Assembly (NCBI GenBank): GCA_022573975.1
Contig: JACZSY010000002.1
Location: 1-46,316 of the forward strand
Source of the DNA: SAR324 cluster bacterium
Lineage (GTDB): Bacteria; SAR324; JACQKK01
Reading direction: 5' to 3'
DNA length: 46,316 bases
Each line of letters opens with the position of its first letter. The stretch's first letter is position 1. This document shows, piece after piece, positions 35,016 to 45,100 of the stretch. A program made the translations under genes and the position numbers. The notes beneath the pieces are model-generated. The model was not told the DNA's origin. It searched no databases and saw only the letters and a program-made list of their open reading frames with translations.

Positions 35016-35257
35016 CCCGGGATTCCTGTGGCTGGGGGTTCTTTTGCGGAGCCTACCACGCTTGTGTAAAGGCGGTGTGTGGAAAAAAGGGAATTTGTAA
35101 AGCAACCGTTAAGCCCATGGGAGAATGTTTTACCACTCCGCAACACTGGCGACATACCCGCTCAACACGCCGGCCCCATGCTGAAAACTGAAGCCGGGCG
35201 GCAGTCCATCAAAGCCCCCGATCCACCCAAGGATTTAAACCGCAAGGAGAAATTGCA

Positions 35258-35749
35258 ATGAGATTCTTTCAACGAAAAAAATTCACCAAACCGTTGCTGG
35301 GATTGGTGGTGATGCTGGCCGCACTGTTGGGGCTGCAAGGATGTTTCAGGAGCCATAGCCACTGGGGCCATGGCCACGGGGGGAACAGCACGGAGCGGAT
35401 GGAAAAGGGGATGGACCAGGTTCAGGAGCATGTGTCCGAATTCCTGGAAATCCGTCCGGAACAACAAGAAGGATTTCAGGCCCTGATGGACCAATACCGG
35501 GGCCTCGCCAGGCGCTGGGCCACCGATTGGCGCGCTTCCAAGGTGAAAATGAACGATATTCTGCAAGCCGAAACCCTGGACATCGATGCGCTGGGAGAAA
35601 CTCTGAAAGGCTTTCTGCGCAAAAAACCTGCCGACCCGGAACTGGAGACGCTGATCGACCGCACCATCGCCTTTTACCGCACCCTGGACGCCGAACAGCA
35701 GGAAAAGGTGCACAAACGGCTGGCCAAACACGCCCGCCGTCATTCCTGA
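35258..35749 (+). CDS. periplasmic Spy/CpxP/ZraP-family (LTxxQ-type) protein, probable lipoprotein with a His-rich N-terminal segment
   Basis: Lipobox LLGLQGC, then SHSHWGHGHGG. Helical repeats contain LDAEQQ. Transcribed divergently from the cpxRA-like pair. AAGGAG RBS. Confidence 0.7.
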   Translation: MRFFQRKKFTKPLLGLVVMLAALLGLQGCFRSHSHWGHGHGGNSTERMEKGMDQVQEHVSEFLEIRPEQQEGFQALMDQYRGLARRWATDWRASKVKMNDILQAETLDIDALGETLKGFLRKKPADPELETLIDRTIAFYRTLDAEQQEKVHKRLAKHARRHS

Positions 35750-35789
35750 CCCGGCGGTATTTCCGAAACGGCGGCAATTCTTGCCCACC

Positions 35790-35818
35790 AAAAAAGGGGG
35801 ACTTTCGGGTTCCCCCCC
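35790..35818 (-). terminator. rho-independent terminator for the MFS gene (GGGGGGAAC-ccgaaa-GTCCCCC followed by TTTTTT on the minus strand)
   Basis: GC-rich stem with a tetraloop-type turn and a 6-T run, ~30 nt downstream of the MFS stop. Confidence 0.65.
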
Positions 35819-35848
35819 CATCCGGCCAAGCCTTTGCCTTCCGCCCCC

Positions 35849-37072
35849 TCAATCGCCGCCACCGGAAGGCGCCGGGCTGGCGGCCGTTTCCGCCAGCACC
35901 TGAGGGGCGTCTCCCCTGGGCAGCAGCAGGGCGGTAATGAAGATGGAAACCGAGAGCGCGGTGAACACCGCGAACAGCCAGGTGAATTCCCCGGTGCCCC
36001 CGTAAATCAACGCCACCAAGCCCACGGCCAACGGGGAGATGCCCAGGCCCAGCAGGTACTTCAGCGCATAGACGGTGGAGCGCCAGTCCTCGGTGGTGTA
36101 ACGGGCCACCAGCGTGTCCTGGATGGGGATGGTGCCGAAGATGGTGAACACCATCATGGTGGTCAGCGCAACCAGGGCCCAGTCCGTGACCTGGGGCGCG
36201 GCCACCATGAAGGGAATCTGCACCGCGGCCACCAGCATCAGGATGCCCCGCAGGGGATAGCGGTCCAGCATCAGGCCCACCAGCACCTGGGAAAACGCCC
36301 CCATCACGTAGACCATGGACACCAGCAGAGAGACCTGGAAGGCGCTGTCGGTCACGCCCCCCAGGCGCATCGCGAACATCTTGGGCAGGGAAACCAGGGT
36401 AGAGTGAAAGATAACGCCCCCGAAAATGGCCACCAGGCCCAGCACGACGAACACCCGCACCAGGCTGCCGCCTATTTGAGCCCTTTGGCGCCCCTTGTTC
36501 CCCTGGCTTTTTCCTTCCGCCCCTTTATCGCCCAGGGCAAAAAAGAAAAACCCGATTCCCGTGGCCACCGAGACGGCCCCGGGCACGATGAAGGCCGCCC
36601 GCCAGTGGATCAGCTCCGCCAGGGCGCCCGCGGTCAAGGCCGCCGCCGCCACGCCCAGGTTGCCCGCCACCCCGTTGACCCCCAGCCGGAGGCCCACGTT
36701 CTCCACGCCCTGCACCACCATCGCCACCCCCACCGGATGGTAGATCGAGGCGAACAGACCGATCAGGGTCAGACCCGCCGCCAGCCCCCAGGGCCCGGCG
36801 GCCATCCCGGTGAGGATCGAGGCGCCACCGATCCCCAGGAAAAATACGGTCATCATGTGGGGGCGGCTCCAGCGGTCGCCCAGCAACCCCGCGGGCAGCG
36901 CCCCCAGGCCAAAGGCGATGAAGCCGCCGAGGGCATAGGGCAGCAATTCGGCGAAAGGGCGGTTCCATTCGCGCTCCAGCACCAGCACCACGGTGGGAAA
37001 AAGCAGCATGAACAAATGGTCGTAGGCATGGCCCACGTTCAAAAACAAAAATCGGGCGCGGTCGCGGCTCAT
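35849..37072 (-). CDS. MFS transporter
   Basis: 407 aa with ~12 TM helices and an MFS loop motif GLLGDRWSRP. Confidence 0.85.
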   Translation of the reverse strand: MSRDRARFLFLNVGHAYDHLFMLLFPTVVLVLEREWNRPFAELLPYALGGFIAFGLGALPAGLLGDRWSRPHMMTVFFLGIGGASILTGMAAGPWGLAAGLTLIGLFASIYHPVGVAMVVQGVENVGLRLGVNGVAGNLGVAAAALTAGALAELIHWRAAFIVPGAVSVATGIGFFFFALGDKGAEGKSQGNKGRQRAQIGGSLVRVFVVLGLVAIFGGVIFHSTLVSLPKMFAMRLGGVTDSAFQVSLLVSMVYVMGAFSQVLVGLMLDRYPLRGILMLVAAVQIPFMVAAPQVTDWALVALTTMMVFTIFGTIPIQDTLVARYTTEDWRSTVYALKYLLGLGISPLAVGLVALIYGGTGEFTWLFAVFTALSVSIFITALLLPRGDAPQVLAETAASPAPSGGGD

Positions 37073-37405
37073 GAGTTTCCAGAAAAAAGGTTGGGCCCTA
37101 AGACCTGGCGGATGCGGGTGTTCAATTTTCGATTTTACACCCTGGAAGCCCTCGGCCTCCCGGATTATCCTACCTGAAAAAGCGCGCTCAATCATTCAAT
37201 CCATTTGCCCGCTCCTTTTCGAGGGGCCACTCCGCCCGTTGGATTTCGCCGGGCCGTTGCGCGGGCCTCCTTTTCCGGGCGGGTGTGGGGCAGGCGCGTA
37301 AGCCCGCCTTCCCCTTGAACGCCTTCGCCCTTTCCCGCGTAATCGCCCCGGTATTTTGGCAGGGTGGACTCCTGCGTGCTACATTGCCGCCTACATTGCC
37401 GAAAA

Positions 37406-37439
37406 CCGTTTCCGGGTTGGCCATCCAGCCCGGAAACGG
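37406..37439 (+). other. 11-bp perfect-stem hairpin (CCGTTTCCGGG-12 nt-CCCGGAAACGG) flanked by A-runs in the oppA-like leader
   Basis: Read directly in the sequence. Preceded by a 2 x 11-nt direct repeat, ctacattgccg (37379-37401). Confidence 0.6.
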
Positions 37440-37517
37440 AAAAAACGGCCGGCCGGCGGCGGTGCCGCCACCACCGGGCCGATCACCCCGCACAGCCCCA
37501 TTCCACGGAGCGCGAGC

Positions 37518-39158
37518 ATGAAACGGGTTTTCTCTGGAGTTGCGCCCGCCCTGGGCGTGTTTTCCTTGGCGCTGGTTTTTTTAGCCACCGGGTTTCACAT
37601 CACGGCCACCCGCACCGCCCTGGGCGCCCGCACGATCCTGCGGCTGCCCATGCAGGGGGAGATTCCCACCCTCGATCCCGGACTGGCGGAGGATTCCTCC
37701 TCCATCGAGGTGATCGAGCAGCTTTTCCTGGGCCTGACCGACTTCAACGACGACACCTCGGAAGTGGTGCCCGAACTGGCGACGGGGTGGAAGGTCTCCG
37801 CGGACGGCCGCGTCTACACCTTCACGTTGCGCCGGGCCAAGTGGAGCGACGGGCGGCCGGTCACCGCCGGGGACATCGAATACGCGGCCCGGCGCAACAT
37901 CGACCCGGCCACGGCTTCTCCCTATGCCTTCATGATGTACGGCATCCGCAACGCCGAAGCCATCAACAAGGGCAAGTTGAAGCAGGTCTCCCTGCTCGGC
38001 GTGAAGGCGCTCAACCGGCGCACCATCCGCTTCACCCTGATCAATCCCGCATCGTATTTTCCGGCAGTGGCGGGCCTGTGGGTGCTGCGCCCGCTGCCCC
38101 GCCGGGCCATCGAGGCCCACGGCCTGAAATGGACCGAGCCGGCCAACATGGTCGTCAACGGGCCTTACCGGCTGGCGTCCTGGCGGCGGGGCGACAAGCT
38201 GGTGCTGCGGCGCAACCCGGCGTTTTACGGCGCGGCGGGGGTGCGCATCGCGGAGGTGCATTACCTGATCGTGCCAGAAAGCTCCACCGGCCTGGCCATG
38301 TATGAAAACGGGGAGGTGGACATGATGGGCGGCGGCTACCTGCCCATTCCCCTCCCGGACCTGCCCCGGGTGCGCAAAGACCCCGTGCTGGGCAAGCAGT
38401 ACACGGTGCGCCCGTCCTTGTGCACCTACTATTACGGATTCAACACGCTCCGCCCGCCCATGAACAACCCCCTGGTGCGGCGCGCATTTTCCGCGGCCAT
38501 CGACCGCCAGTTGCTGATCGACCGGGTTTTGCGGGGCGGGCAGGAAGTGGCCACCACCTTCACCCGCCCACCCACCTTCGGCTCGGTGCCCGCCGGCTCC
38601 GGCGTGGGCATCGGCTATGACGGCGCCCAGGCCAGGAAATGGCTGGCCCAGGCCGGCTATCCCGGCGGCAAGGGCTTCCCCGAAGTGGTGTTGATGTACA
38701 ATACCTCCGAGAGCCACAGTAAGCTGGCCCAGGTGGTGCAGCAAATGTGGCGGCGGGAGTTGAACGTGCGGGTGCGGGTGGAAAACCAGGAATGGAAGGT
38801 CTTCCTCATCACCACCAAGCGCAAGGACGGCCCCCACATCTTCCGCATGGGCTGGTGCGCGGACTATCCGGACGCCAACAACTGGCTGATGGAGGTTTTC
38901 CATCCCACCAAGTCGTCCAACCGCGTCCATTGGAACAACGCCGAGTTCGCCCAACTCACCGAAAAAGCGCAGGTGGTGCGCGATCCCGCCGGGCGCAAGC
39001 GGCTCTACCGGCGGGCCGAGCAGATCCTCACCGGAGAGCAGGCCGTGATCGCCCCGGTGTATTTCTCCACTTCCATCGTCCTCACCAAGCCCTACCTGAA
39101 AAACAAGGTGGCGCCCCTGGGTGGCAACCACATCCGGGACTGGTATTTCACCGATTGA
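37518..39158 (+). CDS. ABC transporter substrate-binding protein, family 5 (oligopeptide/dipeptide/nickel type)
   Basis: Signal peptide, then an SBP_bac_5 pattern (LDPGLAEDSSSIEVIEQLFLGL..., GPYRLASWRRGDKLVLRRNPAFYG). Confidence 0.88.
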   Translation: MKRVFSGVAPALGVFSLALVFLATGFHITATRTALGARTILRLPMQGEIPTLDPGLAEDSSSIEVIEQLFLGLTDFNDDTSEVVPELATGWKVSADGRVYTFTLRRAKWSDGRPVTAGDIEYAARRNIDPATASPYAFMMYGIRNAEAINKGKLKQVSLLGVKALNRRTIRFTLINPASYFPAVAGLWVLRPLPRRAIEAHGLKWTEPANMVVNGPYRLASWRRGDKLVLRRNPAFYGAAGVRIAEVHYLIVPESSTGLAMYENGEVDMMGGGYLPIPLPDLPRVRKDPVLGKQYTVRPSLCTYYYGFNTLRPPMNNPLVRRAFSAAIDRQLLIDRVLRGGQEVATTFTRPPTFGSVPAGSGVGIGYDGAQARKWLAQAGYPGGKGFPEVVLMYNTSESHSKLAQVVQQMWRRELNVRVRVENQEWKVFLITTKRKDGPHIFRMGWCADYPDANNWLMEVFHPTKSSNRVHWNNAEFAQLTEKAQVVRDPAGRKRLYRRAEQILTGEQAVIAPVYFSTSIVLTKPYLKNKVAPLGGNHIRDWYFTD

Positions 39159-39183
39159 GCCCGGGAATGGGCCACAGACCGCC

Positions 39184-40101
39184 ATGATCCATTTCATCGC
39201 CCGCCGCCTGGTCAATCTGGTGTTCGCGCTATTCGTGCTGGCCACCTTGATTTTCTTCATGGTGCGCGCGTTGCCCGGCGGGCCGTTCGACCGGGAAAAG
39301 CCGCTGCCCCCGGAGGTGGTGAAAAACCTCGAGGCCTATTACGGCCTGGACAAATCCCTGGGCGAGCAGTACGTGGCCTTCCTGGCCAACGCGGCGCGGG
39401 GCGATTTCGGGCCTTCCTACGCCTCCCGCGGCGACACGGTGGGGGCCTTGATCCTGCGCCATTTGCCGGTCTCCGCCGAGCTGGGCCTGTGGGCCTTGAT
39501 CCTGGCCGTGGCGTTGGGCATTCCGCTGGGGGTGCTGGCGGCCTACTACCACAACACCTGGGTGGACTTCCTGGCCACCTTCCTGGCCGTGCTGGGGCGC
39601 TCCATCCCCACCATCGCGCTGGCGCCGCTGCTGATCCTGATTTTCGCCCAGACCCTGCGCTGGCTGCCCGTCGCGCGCTTCGACACCCCCGCGCACCGGG
39701 TGCTGCCCACCCTGGCGCTGGGGCTGGGCATGGCGGCGTTGATCGCCCGGCTGGCCCGCTCGTCCATGTTGCAGGTGATCCGCGAGGACTACATCCGCAC
39801 GGCCCGGGCCAAGGGCCTGGGCGAGTTCACGGTGGTCTTCGTCCACGCCCTGCGCAACGCCCTGATCCCGGTGGTGACCCTGCTGGGGCCGCTGCTGGCG
39901 GTGGTGGTGACCGGCACCTTCATCGTGGAGGTGTTCTTCGCCGTGCCGGGGCTGGGCCGCTATTACATCACCAGCATCGGCACCCGCGACTACCCGGTGA
40001 TCATGGGCACTTCCCTGCTCTTCGGCGCGGTGATCATGGTGATGAACGCGCTGGTGGACATCCTCTATTCCTGGATCGATCCCCGCATCCGGCTGGAGTA
40101 G
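39184..40101 (+). CDS. ABC transporter permease (OppB/DppB type)
   Basis: MIHFIARRLVNLVFALFVLATLIFFM N-terminus and the EAA loop region REDYIRTARAKGL. Confidence 0.9.
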   Translation: MIHFIARRLVNLVFALFVLATLIFFMVRALPGGPFDREKPLPPEVVKNLEAYYGLDKSLGEQYVAFLANAARGDFGPSYASRGDTVGALILRHLPVSAELGLWALILAVALGIPLGVLAAYYHNTWVDFLATFLAVLGRSIPTIALAPLLILIFAQTLRWLPVARFDTPAHRVLPTLALGLGMAALIARLARSSMLQVIREDYIRTARAKGLGEFTVVFVHALRNALIPVVTLLGPLLAVVVTGTFIVEVFFAVPGLGRYYITSIGTRDYPVIMGTSLLFGAVIMVMNALVDILYSWIDPRIRLE

Positions 40102-40125
40102 CCATTCAATGACCCGAGCCGCGCC

Positions 40126-41166
40126 GTGACAGTCACCATTTCCAACACCTCCGCCGGGGAAAGTCCCCGCTCCCGGGGCGCGCGGCGCTTCCTGCGCAAT
40201 CCCGCGGCCGTGGCGGGATTGGTGTTCCTGGCGGCCCTGGCCGCCGTGGCCCTGTTCGCGCCCTATTTCGCGCCCCAGCACTACGCCACGGACGACCTGT
40301 TCTCCGATTACCGCCCCCCGGCGCTGTACGGCCTGTTCTCCGGCGGGGAACGGGAGGCCGCCCAGGACGGCCGGGATTCCGCCCAGGATACCTCCGCGCG
40401 GCAGCCCCCCGGCGCCTCCCAGGATGCGTCAGCATACTGGCTGGGCGCGGACTTCATGGGGCGCGACCTGCTCAGCCGCCTGATCTACGGGGCGCGGGTC
40501 TCCCTGGCCGTGGCCTTGGTGGGAGCGGGCATCAGCTTCGCCCTGGGACTGCTCTATGGCATCACCGCCGGATACCTGGGAGGGCGCATCGACAACGCCA
40601 TGATGCGCGTGGTGGACGTGCTCTACGCCATGCCCACGCTGGTGGTGGTGATCCTGATCATGGTCTATTTCCGGGCCGGACAGCCCGAGCACTTCACCGG
40701 GATCAAGGCCACGCTCTACCGCTGGGACAGCGCCCTGGGGGGCATGTTGTTCATTTTCGTGGGCATCGGCATCACCTCCTGGCTGCAGATGGCCCGCATC
40801 GCCCGGGGGGAGACCCTGTCCCTCAAAGGGCGCGATTTCATCACCGGCGCGGAGGCCTTGGGGATCGGGCACTGGGGGATGATCACGCGGCACCTGCTGC
40901 CCAACCTGCTGGGGCCGTGCATCGTGCTGGAAACGGCGTCCATCCCCGGCTACATCCTCACCGAAACCTTTCTCAGCTTCATCGGCCTGGGCGTCAATCC
41001 CCCCATGCCCAGCTGGGGCTCCATGATCAACGAGGGCTACCAGGCCATGCGCTCGTACCCTCACGTGATCCTCTGGCCGGTGCTGACCCTCACCGCCACC
41101 GTGCTGGCCTTCAACTTCGCCGGGGACGGCCTGCGCGATGCCCTCGATCCGCGCCTGGCGGAATAA
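40126..41166 (+). CDS. ABC transporter permease (OppC/DppC type) with a low-complexity periplasmic insert
   Basis: WLGADFMGRDLLSRLIYGARVSL and a BPD_transp_1 core. A ~35-aa insert rich in AQD/SQD lies before it. GTG start. Confidence 0.88.
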   Translation: MTVTISNTSAGESPRSRGARRFLRNPAAVAGLVFLAALAAVALFAPYFAPQHYATDDLFSDYRPPALYGLFSGGEREAAQDGRDSAQDTSARQPPGASQDASAYWLGADFMGRDLLSRLIYGARVSLAVALVGAGISFALGLLYGITAGYLGGRIDNAMMRVVDVLYAMPTLVVVILIMVYFRAGQPEHFTGIKATLYRWDSALGGMLFIFVGIGITSWLQMARIARGETLSLKGRDFITGAEALGIGHWGMITRHLLPNLLGPCIVLETASIPGYILTETFLSFIGLGVNPPMPSWGSMINEGYQAMRSYPHVILWPVLTLTATVLAFNFAGDGLRDALDPRLAE

Positions 41167-41169
41167 GCG

Positions 41170-41231
41170 CCCCCGCGGAGTCGTTTCCTGCGCGGAATGA
41201 CCACCCCCGCGGAGTCGTTTCCTGCGCGGAA
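41170..41231. repeat. 2 x ~28-nt direct repeat (ccccgcggagtcgtttcctgcgcggaa), each with short CCGCG/CGCGG arms; a third diverged unit follows
   Basis: Read directly in the sequence. Lies in the convergent spacer between the oppC-like and M50 genes; REP-like. Confidence 0.8.
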
Positions 41232-41327
41232 CAGCCGTCCGCGCGGAGCCCCTTCCGCTGCGGGGAGTACCGCCAGCGTTTGGTGGAACGACCGCCCACG
41301 GCCAGCAGAAAAAACCGGGCGGGCGGT

Positions 41328-41993
41328 CTACAGGATGTAGTGTGCGATAGCCAGATAGGGGATGATGGCCCTGCCAACGGAGAAAACGAATCCAAACACA
41401 TCGACCCCGGTGAAGCTGAGCAGCAACAGGCCCATCAAGGCGAAATGGCCATATTGCGCGTTGAACCGGAGGTAGACCCTGGCGGCATCCCGGGTGAGGA
41501 AATAAGGCAGGATATAATGGCCGTCCAGGGGTCCCAGGGGAATCAGGTTGAACAACATCAACATCAAGTTGATGGTCATGAAAATATAAAAAAACTCCCC
41601 GGCTCCTCCGGTGATGAAAAAATCCCAGCCCATCCGATAGGCCAGACTGTAAAAATTGATGGCCAGAAACGCCAGCAGCAGGTTCATCCCCGGCCCCGCC
41701 GCCGAGATCCAGAGATCGGCCCAGCGCGAGGTAAAATTGCGGGGGTCGGTGGGCACCGGCTTGGCCCACCCGATCCCGGCGAAGACCACCATCGCCAATC
41801 CCATCGGGTCGATATGGGCGATGGGATTGAGGGTCAACCGCCCCATCCGCTGGGCGGTGTCGTCGCCGAACAGCTTGGCGGTGAAGGCGTGTCCGAACTC
41901 GTGAAAGGAAAGCGAAATCACCAGGGCCATCACGATGAGCGCTCCCAGCGCCATTTGGGAAGGATCGCCGGAGAAAAAATATCTAAGGATCAT
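41328..41993 (-). CDS. M50-family (site-2 protease type) membrane metallopeptidase, short form without PDZ
   Basis: HEFGHAFTA (HExxH) in TM1, LNPIAHIDPMG, and a second motif region FNLIPLGPLDG. Confidence 0.88.
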   Translation of the reverse strand: MILRYFFSGDPSQMALGALIVMALVISLSFHEFGHAFTAKLFGDDTAQRMGRLTLNPIAHIDPMGLAMVVFAGIGWAKPVPTDPRNFTSRWADLWISAAGPGMNLLLAFLAINFYSLAYRMGWDFFITGGAGEFFYIFMTINLMLMLFNLIPLGPLDGHYILPYFLTRDAARVYLRFNAQYGHFALMGLLLLSFTGVDVFGFVFSVGRAIIPYLAIAHYIL

Positions 41994-42135
41994 GAAGAAG
42001 TCCGTTGAAAATGAAACGCGGGAGGGAAAAGGATGGTGTTTAAACGCATGGCGCGGCGGGGATCGGCGCGGGCCGCCAGCCTTCCGGGCGGGAATGAATC
42101 CACGCTTGTGATAAACACAATCCTACCCGGGAAAA

Positions 42136-45100
42136 TCAGTTGGTTCCACCGCCTTTCAGAAAGGCGGCGATTTCCCGGGCCTTGCGGCGGGACTGGCGGA
42201 TCACTTTGGGGTAGAGTTTTTTCATCCCCGGATTTTTTTCCCGCGCCACGATGCGGTAATGCCTCAGCGCCAGTTTGAGGGCGTTGTTCTTGTGCAGCAG
42301 CAGGGCCAGCCGGTAGTGGATGGGAACCTTCCAGTTGGACCTTTGAATTTTCCGTTTCACCAGGGCATTGAGCCGCTTGATGGCGGCCTTGTCCCGCCTG
42401 GCGGCCATTTCCTGATCGGCCAGCCAATAGGCGCTCTCCAGGGAAATATCGTCGTTGCCGCCCCGGTCGGCCTTGGCCAGCCAGATTCTGGCCCGTTTTC
42501 GGTCCTTCACTTTTTCCCGGTAGAACACGCCCAGGGAAAGTGAGTATTGCTGGGCCAATTCCGGATCGGGCAATATGGCCACCACCTGCGCGATGGCCTG
42601 GGCCGCACCGGCGGGATCGTTCAGTTTTTGCAGCACTTCGGACAGGCCCTTGGCCGCTTCGAGGCGTTCTTCCCATTCGTTTTGCGGCAAATAATCCATC
42701 GCCCGCAAATAACGGATTCTGGAGGATTTGAGATTTTTTTCCTCGTCGGCCCTGCCCGCCCAATTCAGGTACAGGCGTCCCAGATAAAGCCGCACCTTGC
42801 CGGCCGTTTTCCGGTCCTTGATATCGGGGAGCACCTCTTCGCTGTAAAGCGCCAGGTCGGTGAAGTGCTCTCCGGGTTCCTGAATCTTCCTCAACTGAAC
42901 CACCCGGTCATAGCGGAGCCGCCATTCGGCCCTTTTCAGCAGATTCAGGGCTTGGTTCCATTGGTTGCGGGCTTCACCGGGCTGGTCCGCCTTGAAAAGC
43001 ACGCCTCCCCATTCCATGTGGATCCTGCTTTGGTGGTGGCGAATCTCCCGCAGAGTTTTTGCTTCCAGCTTGATCCGCCTCAGGGAGGTCATCAACGCGA
43101 TCCGGGCTGGATAATCCCGCTGCTGCTGGTGCAGCCGGTCCAACACCATGGCCGAATGGTAATAGCCGGTGGACCGCTCCGGGGGCAGGTTCACCAGCAC
43201 CTTGTTGAGAAAATCGATCAGTCCGCGGCGTTTTTCGGATTTCTTCAACGCGTCGGCGGCCTCCCCGGCCGACTGCAACACCTTGGCGGTAAATCCGGCC
43301 CGTTTGGCGGCCTCCGCCTGGGGTCCCAATTCCGCGCGATAGGTTTTGAGCGCCTGGCCGGGATTTCCGCTTCGCAGGTACCCGGCGATCAGCATGATGG
43401 CCACCGAGTCCCGGGCCGGCCGTTCGGATGGGTGAATGCCGGCCAGGGCCTCTTCCAGTTGACGAATCGCGTTTTCCGGCCCGCCCTCCCGAATGGCATG
43501 GTTGCCCCATTGCAGGAAAAAACTGCGTTTCATGGCGGTCACCGCGCTCAGGGCCTCCGGGTCCCGAAGCACATTCGAGGCGGTTTCCAGGGCCGCTTCG
43601 GCGGCCTCGAAGTGCTTGTTTTCCGCATGAAAGGCCACCAGGGGCCGCAACACCGCCAGGTATTCCCGCGGATCGGAGCCCTTCTTTCGATTCAATTTGG
43701 CCATCAGCGCCCCGTAGCGCTTCCCCGCCTCCCCCTTGCGTCCCAGCGCCCGCTCGGCCTCGGCCAATTTCAACTGGACGGCCACCCCGGCCACGGCCTC
43801 GGCATCCAGCTTTTCCAGACGGCGGTAGGTGGCCAGCAGCATGGCCGGGTCCTTGAGCCGCTGATAGGCCACCGCCAGGTCAAGGAAGGTTTCCGCGCTG
43901 GGTGCGAGGCGTTTGGCTTGCAGGAGTTCCTCGGTCAGGTTGGCCAGCCGGAAGTATTGCCTGGATTTTCGATATGCGCTCAGCAATGGCTTTTGCACCA
44001 ACGCATGGTATTCCGGATCGTTGACCAGTTTCTCCAAATCCAGCGAGGCCTTTTTCCATTGCTGCAGACGATAACGGCAGAAACCGCGAAAAAACGTGGC
44101 CCGTGGGCGTAGCGCCCGATCGGCGATGATCGGCATGGGGTTGAGCAACTGTTCCACGTTTTCACATTTTCGCTGCTCATAATAGATGCCCGCCAGTTCG
44201 AGCCGATAGGCGATGCGATCTCCGGGTTGCAAATCCTTTCCCTTGAACAACGCCCCCAGCAACAAGGCCGCCTTGTTTTTTTGCTTCAGCGTGAGGTGCA
44301 ATTCGATCCGCGCCTTGGTGATCTCCTTTTTCCCTTTCAATGACCCATCCAGGGCCACCGCCGTTTCATAATCCGCGAGGGCCTCCTTGTGGCGGTCCGT
44401 TTCCCGGTTCAGCCCCGCGCGGCCCAGCAGAGCCTGGACGGCATATTTCTTCCCGCCAAATTTCAGGTAGGCCGAATAATAACCGATGGCGGTCTCCAGC
44501 CGGGCCGGCCGCTGGGTCTTGTCGGCGCTGGGGAGCCGATGGCGGGCGAACAATTCCGCGCGCCAGAACAAACCCTCGTCCATTTGAGAGGGAACGGGGA
44601 AATCCTCGGCCACCTGCCGGTAGTATTGAAAGGCTTCCGGCGCACGGCCCCCCTCGCGCGCGGTTTCGGCCACCAGAATCAACACCTCGGCCTTCCGCGC
44701 GTCCGTATCCCCGGTTCTCAGGTAATTTTGCAAGGGCGTCCAGGCCGGCTTCCCGGACCGGGTCAGGTGCACCACCTGGAGCCTGAGGAATTCGGCTTCC
44801 TTCCCCGGGGGGAGATCCCGATCGAGGCGGATTCGCTTCAGGGTGCGCACCACTTCCGCCGATTCCCCCTTGGCATCGAGCATGCGCGCCTTCCAGAACA
44901 GGGCCTGACCCCGCATCACCGAATCGGGAAAGCCCTCGATCAGCAACTCCACCGTGGCGTAGGCGTCCTTGTGCTTCCCCAACGCCACCAGCGGGGCCAG
45001 GCTGTCGAACAGGGCGCGCGCGCGAAAGGGGGAATTGGGGAAATTTTCGATCAGGGTTTTGTAGGCTCGCAACGCCGCGTTGGGCCGGCCCTGCTTGTTT

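Noticed and set aside
37357-37376. A sigma-54 promoter (TGGCAgggtggactccTGC) upstream of the oppA-like gene.
   Set aside because: The spacing between the GG and GC elements is 4 nt too long for the -24/-12 consensus.
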